Of a stretch of 64,000 nt of DNA, positions 28,014 to 37,400 are shown piece after piece; the stretch's first letter is position 1; the number at the start of each line of letters is the position of its first letter. Both the position numbers and the translations under genes were made by a program. The stretch is from Candidatus Latescibacterota bacterium (lineage in GTDB: Bacteria; Latescibacterota; UBA2968; GCA-2709665), in assembly GCA_963662665.2 (NCBI GenBank), contig CAXXJS010000017.1, forward strand, positions 1-64,000, in the 5' to 3' direction. The notes under the pieces are model-generated. The model was given only the letters and a program-made list of their open reading frames with translations. It had not been told where the DNA came from and ran no database searches.

Positions 28014-29534
28014 ATGAATCGACTTTTCGGCCTGGAAACGGAGTACGGAATCACCATTGACGGTGTGGGCGGCATCGACGTGGTGGAAGAGTCGATGCAG
28101 CTGATCCGTTGCTATCTCCAGGGTGAATTCACACCCCTGTGGGACTATCAGCTGGAAAACCCCCGTAAAGACGTGCGGGGGTTTGAAGTGAGTTCCCTGC
28201 TGAACGATACGGACGAGAAGGTCCACCTCCAGAAGGACCGTCAGCGAAAGGTGCCCCTGAAGGAATTGAAAAGCGACCTGATTATCTGTAACGGCGCCCG
28301 ATTCTACAACGACCATACCCATCCTGAATATTCCACCGGCGAGTGCCTGAGCCTGTTCGAACTGGTCGCGCAGGACCGGGCGGGCGAGCGGATCGTGGAT
28401 ATCTGCGCACGACGGCGTACGGAGATGCTGCCCCGGGGCGAGGTCCGCATTTACAAGAACAACACCGACTTCGAAGGCCATAGCTACGGGTGTCACGAGA
28501 ATTACCTGATGGACCGCGGGACGCCGTTCGACAGAATCGTGAAGGGCCTGCTGCCCTTTCTGGTTACGCGGCAGATATACGCGGGCGCCGGGAAGATGGG
28601 CGTGGAACGCGGCGACAGGGCGTCCATCTATCAACTCTCGCAGCGGTCCGAATTCTTCGAGGTGATCGCCAGTGTCGATACCATGCACAAGCGGCCGCTG
28701 ATCAACACCCGCGACGAACCGCACGCCGACGCCGGCCGCTACCGCAGGCTGCACGTCATTCTTGGCGACGCAAACATGTCGGAATACGTCACGGCGCTGA
28801 AGGTCGGCGCCGCGGCCCTGGTGGTGGCGCTGGTGGAACAGGATGACCTGCCCGACGTGGTCCTGAAGGATCCGATTTCGGCCCTGAATGACGTATCGCG
28901 CGACCAGAGTTATCAGTGGCTGGTGGAACTGGATCGCAAGACGGATCGGCTGGTTCCGGCCGTTGACGTCCAGCGGATGTACCTTGCCCGCGCGAAAGAC
29001 CGGTTCGGAGGGCTGGACGTGGAGACGGACTGGGTCCTGAACGCCTGGGAGGAGATCCTGGCGGACCTCGAACGGGACCCCATGGCAACGGTGGGCGTCT
29101 GCGACTGGGCAAGCAAGAAGTGGTTGCTGGATTGTTTTCGCGAGGCCGAGGGACTCTCCTGGGACAATCCGGACGATCTGGCCTGGCTTCAGAGCCAGGA
29201 CCTGGAGTACCACAACGTGGACCGGGAGGCCGGTCTCTATTTTCTCCTGGAAGACCAGGGCAAGATGGTCCGGCTCCTGGACGACGAGCGGATCGTGGAA
29301 GCGATGTCCGTTCCCCCCACCGACACACGGGCGTACTTCCGCGGGCGGTGCCTGGAGAAGTTCGGCCACGACGTCAAATCGGTCAACTGGGACCGGATCG
29401 TATTTTCATCGAACGGGAAACAGCGTTCCGTGGATATGAAGGATCTGGTTGATGGAGAGAAGGTCGCGTATTATAATAGGGTGTTGGATCGCTCGGATGA
29501 ATTGGAGGAGTTCCTGAACGCACTCGAGGCCTGA
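28014..29534 (+). CDS. dop: Dop-like deamidase/deconjugase (PafA/Dop family)
   Basis: GLETEYGI, NGARFYNDHTHPEY (Dop-type DHxH), SYGCHENY, RPLINTRDEPHAD, RRLHVILGDAN. Confidence 0.88.
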   Translation: MNRLFGLETEYGITIDGVGGIDVVEESMQLIRCYLQGEFTPLWDYQLENPRKDVRGFEVSSLLNDTDEKVHLQKDRQRKVPLKELKSDLIICNGARFYNDHTHPEYSTGECLSLFELVAQDRAGERIVDICARRRTEMLPRGEVRIYKNNTDFEGHSYGCHENYLMDRGTPFDRIVKGLLPFLVTRQIYAGAGKMGVERGDRASIYQLSQRSEFFEVIASVDTMHKRPLINTRDEPHADAGRYRRLHVILGDANMSEYVTALKVGAAALVVALVEQDDLPDVVLKDPISALNDVSRDQSYQWLVELDRKTDRLVPAVDVQRMYLARAKDRFGGLDVETDWVLNAWEEILADLERDPMATVGVCDWASKKWLLDCFREAEGLSWDNPDDLAWLQSQDLEYHNVDREAGLYFLLEDQGKMVRLLDDERIVEAMSVPPTDTRAYFRGRCLEKFGHDVKSVNWDRIVFSSNGKQRSVDMKDLVDGEKVAYYNRVLDRSDELEEFLNALEA

Positions 29535-29692
29535 CCGTGGGTCGCTTCGCCGGTGCGTGTCGCGTGGCCGTTCGAGAGAACCTGCCTGCGTTCCTGAACG
29601 GATTCGAGGGTTCTGTCCCGGAAATAGATAGCCTGAATTCGGCGGATGAGCTGTGAAATATTCCCGGGACGGGACACAAGGAGGAGATGACA

Positions 29693-29884
29693 ATGAAGAA
29701 AGACCTGGCCGGTTTGGAACGGCGGACCCGGCGGACGGATCCGCCCGACGGAGGGCCGAACGAGGGGGACGACGGACCGTCCCGTCCGGACGTGGACCGA
29801 CCCGATACCCGCGACCTGTTGCGCCGGATGCGCCGCGTAGACCCGAACCAGGCGCGACGCTACCGTCAGCGTACGGGCGAGTGA
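29693..29884 (+). CDS. ubact: UBact, bacterial ubiquitin-like modifier
   Basis: 63-aa charged, probably disordered protein ending LLRRMRRVDPNQARRYRQRTGE (R[T/S]G[E/Q]), between dop and prcB. Confidence 0.88.
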   Translation: MKKDLAGLERRTRRTDPPDGGPNEGDDGPSRPDVDRPDTRDLLRRMRRVDPNQARRYRQRTGE

Positions 29885-29888
29885 GCCT

Positions 29889-30707
29889 ATGGGTGCGGGC
29901 GGAGATTTTCTGGATCTGCTGAAAGCGGAAGGATACCGGCTGCCCGGCGCCGACCTGCGGGAAAGCGCGCCGGGCGGCGCGTCGCCCCTTCCGTTCCAGC
30001 CCACCGAGGGCACGACCATCCTGGCGCTTCGCTACCGGGACGGCGTCCTCATCGCGGGCGACCGGCGGGCTACGGCCGGCCATACGGTGCTTTATGACCG
30101 CGCCGACAAGGTCATCGATATAGACGCGTATTCCGTAATGGCCATTTCCGGATCGCCGGCGATGGCGTACGAAATCGCCCGCATTCTCGAACACACGTTT
30201 CAATATCACAGGCGCCGACAGTTACAGGAAATGAGCCTGGCGGCCAAGCTGAGGCGCCTTTCCCTCCTGATCCGCGACAATCTGCCGATGGCCCTGCAGG
30301 GCATCGGCCCGGTAATCCCCATTTTTGCCACGTACGATCGGCAGGACAGCCGCGGCAAGATCTTCTTTTACGACGTGCTGGGCGCGCAGTTCGAAAGCGC
30401 CGATTTTTCCACGACGGGATCGGGCGCGGCGGCCATCCGGGGCGCGATGTTTTATAACAACCAGTGGGGCGAGCGCCCCTTTGCCGAACTGGACCGGAGC
30501 GAGAGCCTCGGAATGGCGTTGCGCCTGTTGCATACGGCCGCGGAATACGACGCCGCCACGGGAAGGTACGAGCGTAACTTCGGGGTGCTGCCCACGGTGA
30601 AGACAATTTCGGCTAAGGGACTGCAAACAGTGCCCGAGGAAGACCTGCGGGCGTCCTACGAGCATTATATCGCCCACGCCGACGGACCGGGAGACGCTGA
30701 AGAATGA
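29889..30707 (+). CDS. prcB: 20S proteasome beta subunit
   Basis: 41-aa propeptide then G|TTILA, AGDRRAT, TGSG. Confidence 0.92.
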   Translation: MGAGGDFLDLLKAEGYRLPGADLRESAPGGASPLPFQPTEGTTILALRYRDGVLIAGDRRATAGHTVLYDRADKVIDIDAYSVMAISGSPAMAYEIARILEHTFQYHRRRQLQEMSLAAKLRRLSLLIRDNLPMALQGIGPVIPIFATYDRQDSRGKIFFYDVLGAQFESADFSTTGSGAAAIRGAMFYNNQWGERPFAELDRSESLGMALRLLHTAAEYDAATGRYERNFGVLPTVKTISAKGLQTVPEEDLRASYEHYIAHADGPGDAEE

Positions 30708-31483
30708 TGCTGGAAGAACCCTATCGCTGGGCGGAGGCGGTTGCCAACCGGCGGGAATATATCGAGGACCAGCTTCGGGGCGGCAGCCCGGTTGTGGGCC
30801 TGGCCTATCGGGACGGAGCGCTTCTGTTGACGCTGAGCCAGGGCCAGCAGAAAATCTTCGAAGTGTACGACAGCATCGGCATGGGCGCCCTCGGACATCC
30901 CGCGGATATAGAGAAGTTGCGCCAGTCCGCCGTGGACCTGGCGTCCGTGATCGGGTTCAACTATTCGGAGCAGGACGTGAACCTGCAGCAGATCGTGCAC
31001 TTCGGCCTGGCCCCCGCGGTGAAGCAGGCGTTCGACGAGGTTTTCCGATCGCCGTATATCGTGCGAGTCCTGATGGTGGAGCTGGATGTATCGGAAAAGG
31101 GCGCCGTCTTCTATACGGTGGACTACGACGGCGCGTTCCAGAAACACGAGGGCCGCGGCGTTGTGGCAGAGGTTGCCGAAGCGGACGGGTTGATGCGGAG
31201 CTATCTGCCGGAAACCGGCCGCCTCAGCCTGCGAAACGCGTTGAAGGCCGCGCTGGAGGCCTGGGCGGCCGGACGTTTTGCTGGAGACCTGGACGAGATC
31301 CCCAGGGAGACGTCGGAGTTGGAACGGGCGGCCGCCGAGGCGGATCTGAAAGCTGTATTGAAGTCCGCGTTGAAATCGTCCACTGTCGAGGCCGTGGTGT
31401 TCAACCGGTCCGGGCCGGACAAACGCCGGTATCGCGTTGTTACGGATAGAGAGATACAGCCCGTGATCAGGCCGTATCGCTGA
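30704..31483 (+). CDS. prcA: 20S proteasome alpha subunit
   Basis: GSPVVGL, KIFEVYD, FYTVDYDG; ATGA overlap with prcB. Confidence 0.88.
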   Translation: MMLEEPYRWAEAVANRREYIEDQLRGGSPVVGLAYRDGALLLTLSQGQQKIFEVYDSIGMGALGHPADIEKLRQSAVDLASVIGFNYSEQDVNLQQIVHFGLAPAVKQAFDEVFRSPYIVRVLMVELDVSEKGAVFYTVDYDGAFQKHEGRGVVAEVAEADGLMRSYLPETGRLSLRNALKAALEAWAAGRFAGDLDEIPRETSELERAAAEADLKAVLKSALKSSTVEAVVFNRSGPDKRRYRVVTDREIQPVIRPYR

Positions 31484-31560
31484 GCGCGGCCCCGCCCCTG
31501 CCCGCGGGCGCGAACAGGGGGATGTGAATCCTTCAAGAGATAGACGTGTGAGGGCCCCCG

Positions 31561-33027
31561 ATGGAACGACGGATTTTCGGTCTGGAAACCGAATATGGAT
31601 GCATGGCGCCGGAGCACGAGGGGTTCGTGAGCCCGGATGCCATTACGGTGAAGGTGAAGGACCATATTTTCCACACCGAGCGTAAGGGAATTGTAGATAT
31701 CCATTATCGGGGCCGGGACGAACCGCCGGGAAACGGCGGTTTTTTGTTCAATTCCGGCAGGGTCTATATCGATATGGGGCATATCGAATATACCACGCCG
31801 GAATGCAAGAGTCTTTTCGACCTGGTGGCCTCCGACCGGGCGGGAGAACGGATTCTGCAGCGCTCGCTTCGTTCGCTGGGGCTGGCGAAGGAGGCTTCGT
31901 TCCTCAAGAACAATATCGACCACTATACCGGCGCCACCTTCGGCTGCCACGAGAACTACCTGATCCGGCGAAACGTGCCGTTTTCCATGGTGGTGATTCC
32001 CGCGCTGCTCCCGTTTCTGGTTACGCGGCAGATTTACAGCGGCGCCGGCCGCGTGGGCAGCTACGACGACAGTTTCTACTACTATGGCCGGGACGACGTC
32101 GACGACGCCGGCCACGAGGATCCCGTCGCCTTTCAGATTTCGCAGCGCGCGGACCACATTGTCACCGAAATCTACCAGTGGATCCAGTTTTCCCGTGCCA
32201 TTATCAACACGCGAGACGAGCCGCTGGCCGACTACAACAAGTACCGCAGGCTGCACCTGCTGATGGGCGACTCCAATATGTCGGAGTACGCCACCGCTCT
32301 GAAGGTGGGCGCCACCGCGATGGTGTTGAATCTGCTGGAGCAGAGGATCTTTCCACAGGACGTGGGCCTGGGTGACCCTGTCTGGGCGTTGAAGGAGATT
32401 TCCAGGGATCCCACCCACAAATGGATCCTCGAACGCAAGAACGGCCGGCCGGTGTCGGCAATCGATATCCAGCGGCGCTACCTGGACCTGGCGAAGCGCC
32501 ACCTGCGGGGGATGGACGAGGAGTCGGACTGGGTGCTGGTTGAATGGGAACAGACGCTGAACGCCCTGGAGCGGGACCCGATGGTCCTGAAGGACCGGCT
32601 GGACTGGGTGGCCAAGAAGTGGATGCTGGAGATGTTCGTGCAGTCGGAAGGCGTGGATTGGAACGACCCGTGGCTCCAGAGCCTGGACCTTGAGTACCAC
32701 AATATCGACCCCAACCAGGGATTTTACCTCGACCTCGAGCGCAAGGGGATGACACGCCGAATATTGACCGAGGAGCAGATCGCCCGCGCGGGAGACGAAC
32801 CGCCGGCCGATACGCGGGCCCGGGGCCGGTCCGACGTGATCAGGGCCCTGTCGGAGAACCGGATGCGGTATATCGTGGACTGGGACTCGGTCTATCTCGA
32901 AAACGAGAGCCACCTGAGTCTCCAGGATCCTTTCGATACCTACCGGGAAGCGGCGGCGGAGTTCATCCACGAGATCCGCTCGGCCTCGCCCTCTCCACGC
33001 CGCACCATGCGGCGCCGGCTGAAGTGA
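31561..33027 (+). CDS. pafA: PafA-like modifier-protein ligase
   Basis: RRIFGLETEYG, NSGRVYIDMGHIEY, FGCHENY, SRAIINTRDEP, RRLHLLMGDSNMSE, DLEYH. Confidence 0.88.
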   Translation: MERRIFGLETEYGCMAPEHEGFVSPDAITVKVKDHIFHTERKGIVDIHYRGRDEPPGNGGFLFNSGRVYIDMGHIEYTTPECKSLFDLVASDRAGERILQRSLRSLGLAKEASFLKNNIDHYTGATFGCHENYLIRRNVPFSMVVIPALLPFLVTRQIYSGAGRVGSYDDSFYYYGRDDVDDAGHEDPVAFQISQRADHIVTEIYQWIQFSRAIINTRDEPLADYNKYRRLHLLMGDSNMSEYATALKVGATAMVLNLLEQRIFPQDVGLGDPVWALKEISRDPTHKWILERKNGRPVSAIDIQRRYLDLAKRHLRGMDEESDWVLVEWEQTLNALERDPMVLKDRLDWVAKKWMLEMFVQSEGVDWNDPWLQSLDLEYHNIDPNQGFYLDLERKGMTRRILTEEQIARAGDEPPADTRARGRSDVIRALSENRMRYIVDWDSVYLENESHLSLQDPFDTYREAAAEFIHEIRSASPSPRRTMRRRLK

Positions 33028-33205
33028 TTACCCGCGTATAGTCGTTGAAATGCGCTGCCACAGGCAACGTCGCACACACGGGATGCCCGAAAGGATACAC
33101 ACACCTTCGCGCATCCCGTTTTTCTGTCGGGCAACGAGGCTCGACAGCGTGAAATGTGCGGTTTTTCAGGACGCGTTTTGTGTAATTCCCAATTCAATTA
33201 CTATC

Positions 33206-33235
33206 TTGACTAAATTTACTCAATAGAGTAAATTT
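33206..33235 (+). promoter_or_regulatory. Promoter overlapped by a perfect palindrome (candidate operator)
   Basis: TTGACT-17-TAAATT; aaatttactc-aata-gagtaaattt at 33212-33235. Confidence 0.65.
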
Positions 33236-33240
33236 GAAGC

Positions 33241-34494
33241 ATGCAATCTTTTCAACGTATTCAGGTAAAGACTCTGATGGACAGGTTGGACGAGGCGCCC
33301 CACCAAATCATCGCTCTTTTCGGGCCACGCCAAACGGGCAAAACGACCATCGTGCGCCAGGCGCTGCGGCAGATTGACCTCGAGAGTCGCTATCTGTCCG
33401 TGGACGAACCCGACAGTTTCGAAAATCGCGTTCATTCAGATATTGTCGCATCAACCTTCCCTTTCAGACAGGAGCGAGGTACCGAGTGGCTTGTGCGAAA
33501 CTGGGAAGACGCCCGGCAGGAGGCCGAACGTTTCCAACGCGGTTTCGTGCTGGCGATAGACGAAATTCAAAAGGTCCCGAATTGGTCAGACACCGTGAAG
33601 GGTCTGTGGGACGCGGACCGTGCCCGTAACTGTCCTCTGCACGTGGTGATCCTTGGCTCGGCGCCCCTGCTGATGCAATCGGGATTGAGCGAGAGCCTCG
33701 CCGGCCGCTTTGAGCCCATCGGTGTCTCTCACTGGTCGTTTTCGGAAACGGCCGAGGCATTCGATTTCGATCTGGCGAAATTTCTGTACTTCGGGGGCTA
33801 TCCTGGGTCTGCACGATTCGCACGTAACCCGGATCGGTGGCGCAACTACATCCTGGGTGCACTAATTGAACCGAACGTCGAACGGGATATTCTCGCAATG
33901 ACGCGGGTCGACAAGCCGGCACTTCTGAAACGCCTATTCGAAGTGGGCGCCGCACAATCCGGTCAGATTCTCTCGTATACGAAAATGCTGGGCCAACTGC
34001 AAGATGCCGGCAACACCACCACCCTTGCACGTTACCTGGACCTGCTCTCCAGCGCCGGTCTGCTCGCGGGCTTGCCGAAGTACTCCAACCGGTTGTTTCG
34101 GCGCAGGGCTTCGAGCCCCAAGCTCAACGTGCTCAACACCGCTTTGATGACGGCTGGCTCAGGATACTCTTTTAATGAAGCGCAGGCCGACCGGTCATTC
34201 TGGGGGCGCATTGTAGAGAGTGCGGTCGGCGCCCATCTATATAATACATCGCGACCGGACACCCGTCTCTACTACTGGCGGGATGGTTCACACGAAGTCG
34301 ATTTCGTCCTGCAACGCGGACCTCGCATCATCGCCATCGAGGTCAAAAGCAGTACAAGGAACCAGACTTTTCGTGGAATGCACATTTTCGAGCAGCAATT
34401 TCGTCCGTATCGGTCCCTGCTCGTCGGAGAAGGCGGTATCGGACTCCATGAGTTTCTGACTGTACCTGCCAGTCACTGGTTTGAGGAACAGTGA
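33241..34494 (+). CDS. AAA_14 ATPase with DUF4143 and C-terminal PD-(D/E)xK-like domain
   Basis: GPRQTGKTT, IDEIQ, ESLAGRF, GGYP, YYWR...EVDFVL...AIEVKS. Confidence 0.88.
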   Translation: MQSFQRIQVKTLMDRLDEAPHQIIALFGPRQTGKTTIVRQALRQIDLESRYLSVDEPDSFENRVHSDIVASTFPFRQERGTEWLVRNWEDARQEAERFQRGFVLAIDEIQKVPNWSDTVKGLWDADRARNCPLHVVILGSAPLLMQSGLSESLAGRFEPIGVSHWSFSETAEAFDFDLAKFLYFGGYPGSARFARNPDRWRNYILGALIEPNVERDILAMTRVDKPALLKRLFEVGAAQSGQILSYTKMLGQLQDAGNTTTLARYLDLLSSAGLLAGLPKYSNRLFRRRASSPKLNVLNTALMTAGSGYSFNEAQADRSFWGRIVESAVGAHLYNTSRPDTRLYYWRDGSHEVDFVLQRGPRIIAIEVKSSTRNQTFRGMHIFEQQFRPYRSLLVGEGGIGLHEFLTVPASHWFEEQ

Positions 34495-37400
34495 ACATGA
34501 TCGTCCAACGCACTTGTACCGTAATACCGCTCGGGGATGAGAAAGGAAATCCGGTAAGGGACTCACGACCCCTGGCGGATTTTCGGGATACTCCCGCCTA
34601 CGTGTTGCTGGGTGACCCCGGCTCGGGGAAGACCACTGCGTTCGGGACCGAAGAAAAGGCGCACGGAGACGATGCCTGTCTGATCTCCGCCCGGGACTTT
34701 CTCGCTCTGGACCTGGATATGCACCCCGAGTGGCGCAACACAACACTATTTATTGACGGTCTTGACGAGGTTCGGGCCGGTTCCGCCGACGCACGTACAC
34801 CCTTTGACGAAATCCGCAATCGTCTCGAAAGACTGGGACGCCCCCGTTTCCGATTGTCGTGCCGGGAAGCGGACTGGCTCGGGGACAACGATTGGAAGCG
34901 TCTGACAGCCGTTTCGCCCGGCTCAAGCGTCAAGGTTCTTCGCCTCGATCCCCTTACCGAACTGAACATAGTGCAGATATTGGAAGGCAAGGGTGTCGAA
35001 GATCCCCAGGCCTTCATGGAAAACGCCCGGGAACGGAGGATTGACGGACTGCTCCAAAACCCGCTGACCCTTGAGTTGCTGGCCACTGTTATAACACGAA
35101 ACGAACAATGGCCGGAGAGCCGCCAGGAAACCTTCGAGCTAGCCTGTTCGCACCTGGTGCGAGAGCACAATATAGAACACTTGGTTGCAAGTCGGCCGGC
35201 AAATACGAATCAGTTGTTGGACGCCGCGGGGCGTCTTTGCGCCATCCATCTGATTTCAGGTATAGAAGGGTACACGCAGGGCACCGGTGATCCGGACTCG
35301 GACTTCCCGGCTTTGGAGGAGATTCAATACGAAAACCCGGACGCGCTACAGTCCGTGCCGTCGACAAAGCTGTTCAAGGCGCACTCCGGTTCGTTTAGCC
35401 GTTTCGCCCCGATTCACAGGCATGTCGCTGAATTCCTTGCCGCGCGGTATCTGGGCGGGCTCATTGACAACGGGCTTCCCGCCCTGCGCGTCCTTTCTCT
35501 TATCACGGGAGAGGACGGGATCGTGGTGACCGGGCTGAGGGGGCTGTCCGCCTGGCTCGCGGCGCACTGTAAGAGCGCCCGAAGTGAGCTTATCATTCGG
35601 GATCCCGCAGGTGTCGGTCTCTACGGCGATATCCGTGGATTCTCACTAGACGAGAAAAGGATACTCTTAAACACATTAAACCGTGAGGTCTCCCATCTGG
35701 ATTCCATTCCTTCGGTGTCTGCGTTCAGTCCTCTCGCGACTCCGATTCTGGAACCTGTATTCAGAGACATCCTTAGCAATTCAAGCCGCGAAACCGAACA
35801 TCAGACGTACGTCGATTTCGTACTGCGGTTGCTGCGCGAGGGGTCCGCTATTCCGGGTCTTTCCGATCTCCTGGTTGATATCGTCCGCGACGAGACACGT
35901 TGGCCGGGCATCAATGTATTGGCACTTGATGCGTTTGTTCTCTGCGAGGCCAAAGAACCTCGAATTCTTAAGTCGCTGCTAAAGGATGTTGAGGCTGGTC
36001 ATGTATCCGATCCGGACAATGAAATCCTCGGAACGCTTCTGTGGCGCCTTTACCCCAAAGAAATACCTCCCTCAGTGGTGTGGAAATACCTATTCGAAAA
36101 TGCGAGTACCAGTGTAGCTGGCAGGTATCTGCGGTTCTGGGAGTATGATCTTATCGAAATCTCCTCCGATGCGCAGGTCGCCGAGCTTCTCGACAACCTT
36201 AGGCTTAGGCTTGCCGAATTGAACATCGAGCCGGCACGCGCCGAGCTTCCGTATTCATTCCCGCTTAAGCTGTTGTCCCGAGGTCTGAGCGTCCAAGGAG
36301 ACAAACTGGACATCGACCGCCTGTACGACTGGCTGGACGCAGGTTTGTCCGGTAGTCACAATCGGGACGAAATCGTCGGTGACATACGGATATGGATCGA
36401 TAAGCGGCCAGAGCTCCAGAAAGACATCATCCTTGAAGGACTGAAGCGTTGTCCAGAATCCGACGAATTCAGGTATCACGCCATGAAAGTACAAGAGCGT
36501 CTTTACGGCGCCGTCTTGTCACCCAATGTCGGTCTTTGGTATCTGGAGCAGGCTGTCCTTAACGCACAACTGAAACCGCAAGTTGCGAAACATCTTTTGG
36601 AGCTTGCCTGGCTGTGCCATTCTCAACAGAGCGGTAACGAGGGGCTGTCACTCGAACATTTCGAGAAATATACAGGGAAATGTGAGTTACTGAAATCACC
36701 TCTCGCAGTGTTGCGTGCCCCCGACACCGTCCCGAGAGGCGACCGTGTGGCAGACCAGGACAGGTACGGAGAGCGGTACATCGATCAGAGCAGGCGTCAG
36801 AATGAGGAGTGGCTGGATCATCTTAGCGCTAACGAGGAAGCCTTGCGCGAGAACAGGGCAGCTCCCGCCCTGCTCCACAAAATCGCAGAGGTGTATTTCG
36901 GCAACTTCCTCAATTTCAACGTCGAGAGTGCAACTGGTTCAATTGAAAAACACCTCCGGGGCGAACGTAGCTTGATCGAAGCCGCCCTACTGGGACTTCG
37001 TCTTACAATTGAAAGGGAGGATATCCCCGGCCTGAACGAGATTCTGGAACTGAGGGAGAAAGGACGAAAGCACTATCTCGAGTGGCCTTTCTTGGCGGGC
37101 CTCGCGGAAGCGGAGAGAACGACGCCAGTAGATTCGATTCTTTCAGATAGGGGCCGGATCTGTTCGGCAATCGCGTTCTATTATTGTACTCCCCACGGTG
37201 AATACCGGCCCGAATGGTATGCAAGGCTTCTTATGGAGCGTCCTGAAATCGTAGCCGATGTACAGGTCCGGTTTGCTTCCGCCGAGTTGCGTGGCAGTTG
37301 TCATCCGATTCCCAAGTTGTGGGAACTCGCACAAGACCAATGTCACGCCGCCGTCGCGAAGTTCGCCAGCGTTTCACTTCTGCGAGCCTTTCCGACCCGT

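Noticed and set aside
29693-29884. Canonical actinobacterial Pup
   Set aside because: No di-glycine GGE/GGQ terminus; the sequence fits UBact.
25604-32970. Long minus-strand ORFs (517, 516 and 589 aa) and similar shadow ORFs over gltB, purA and the transketolase-like gene
   Set aside because: Antisense to well-supported genes, expected at high GC, no recognisable motifs.
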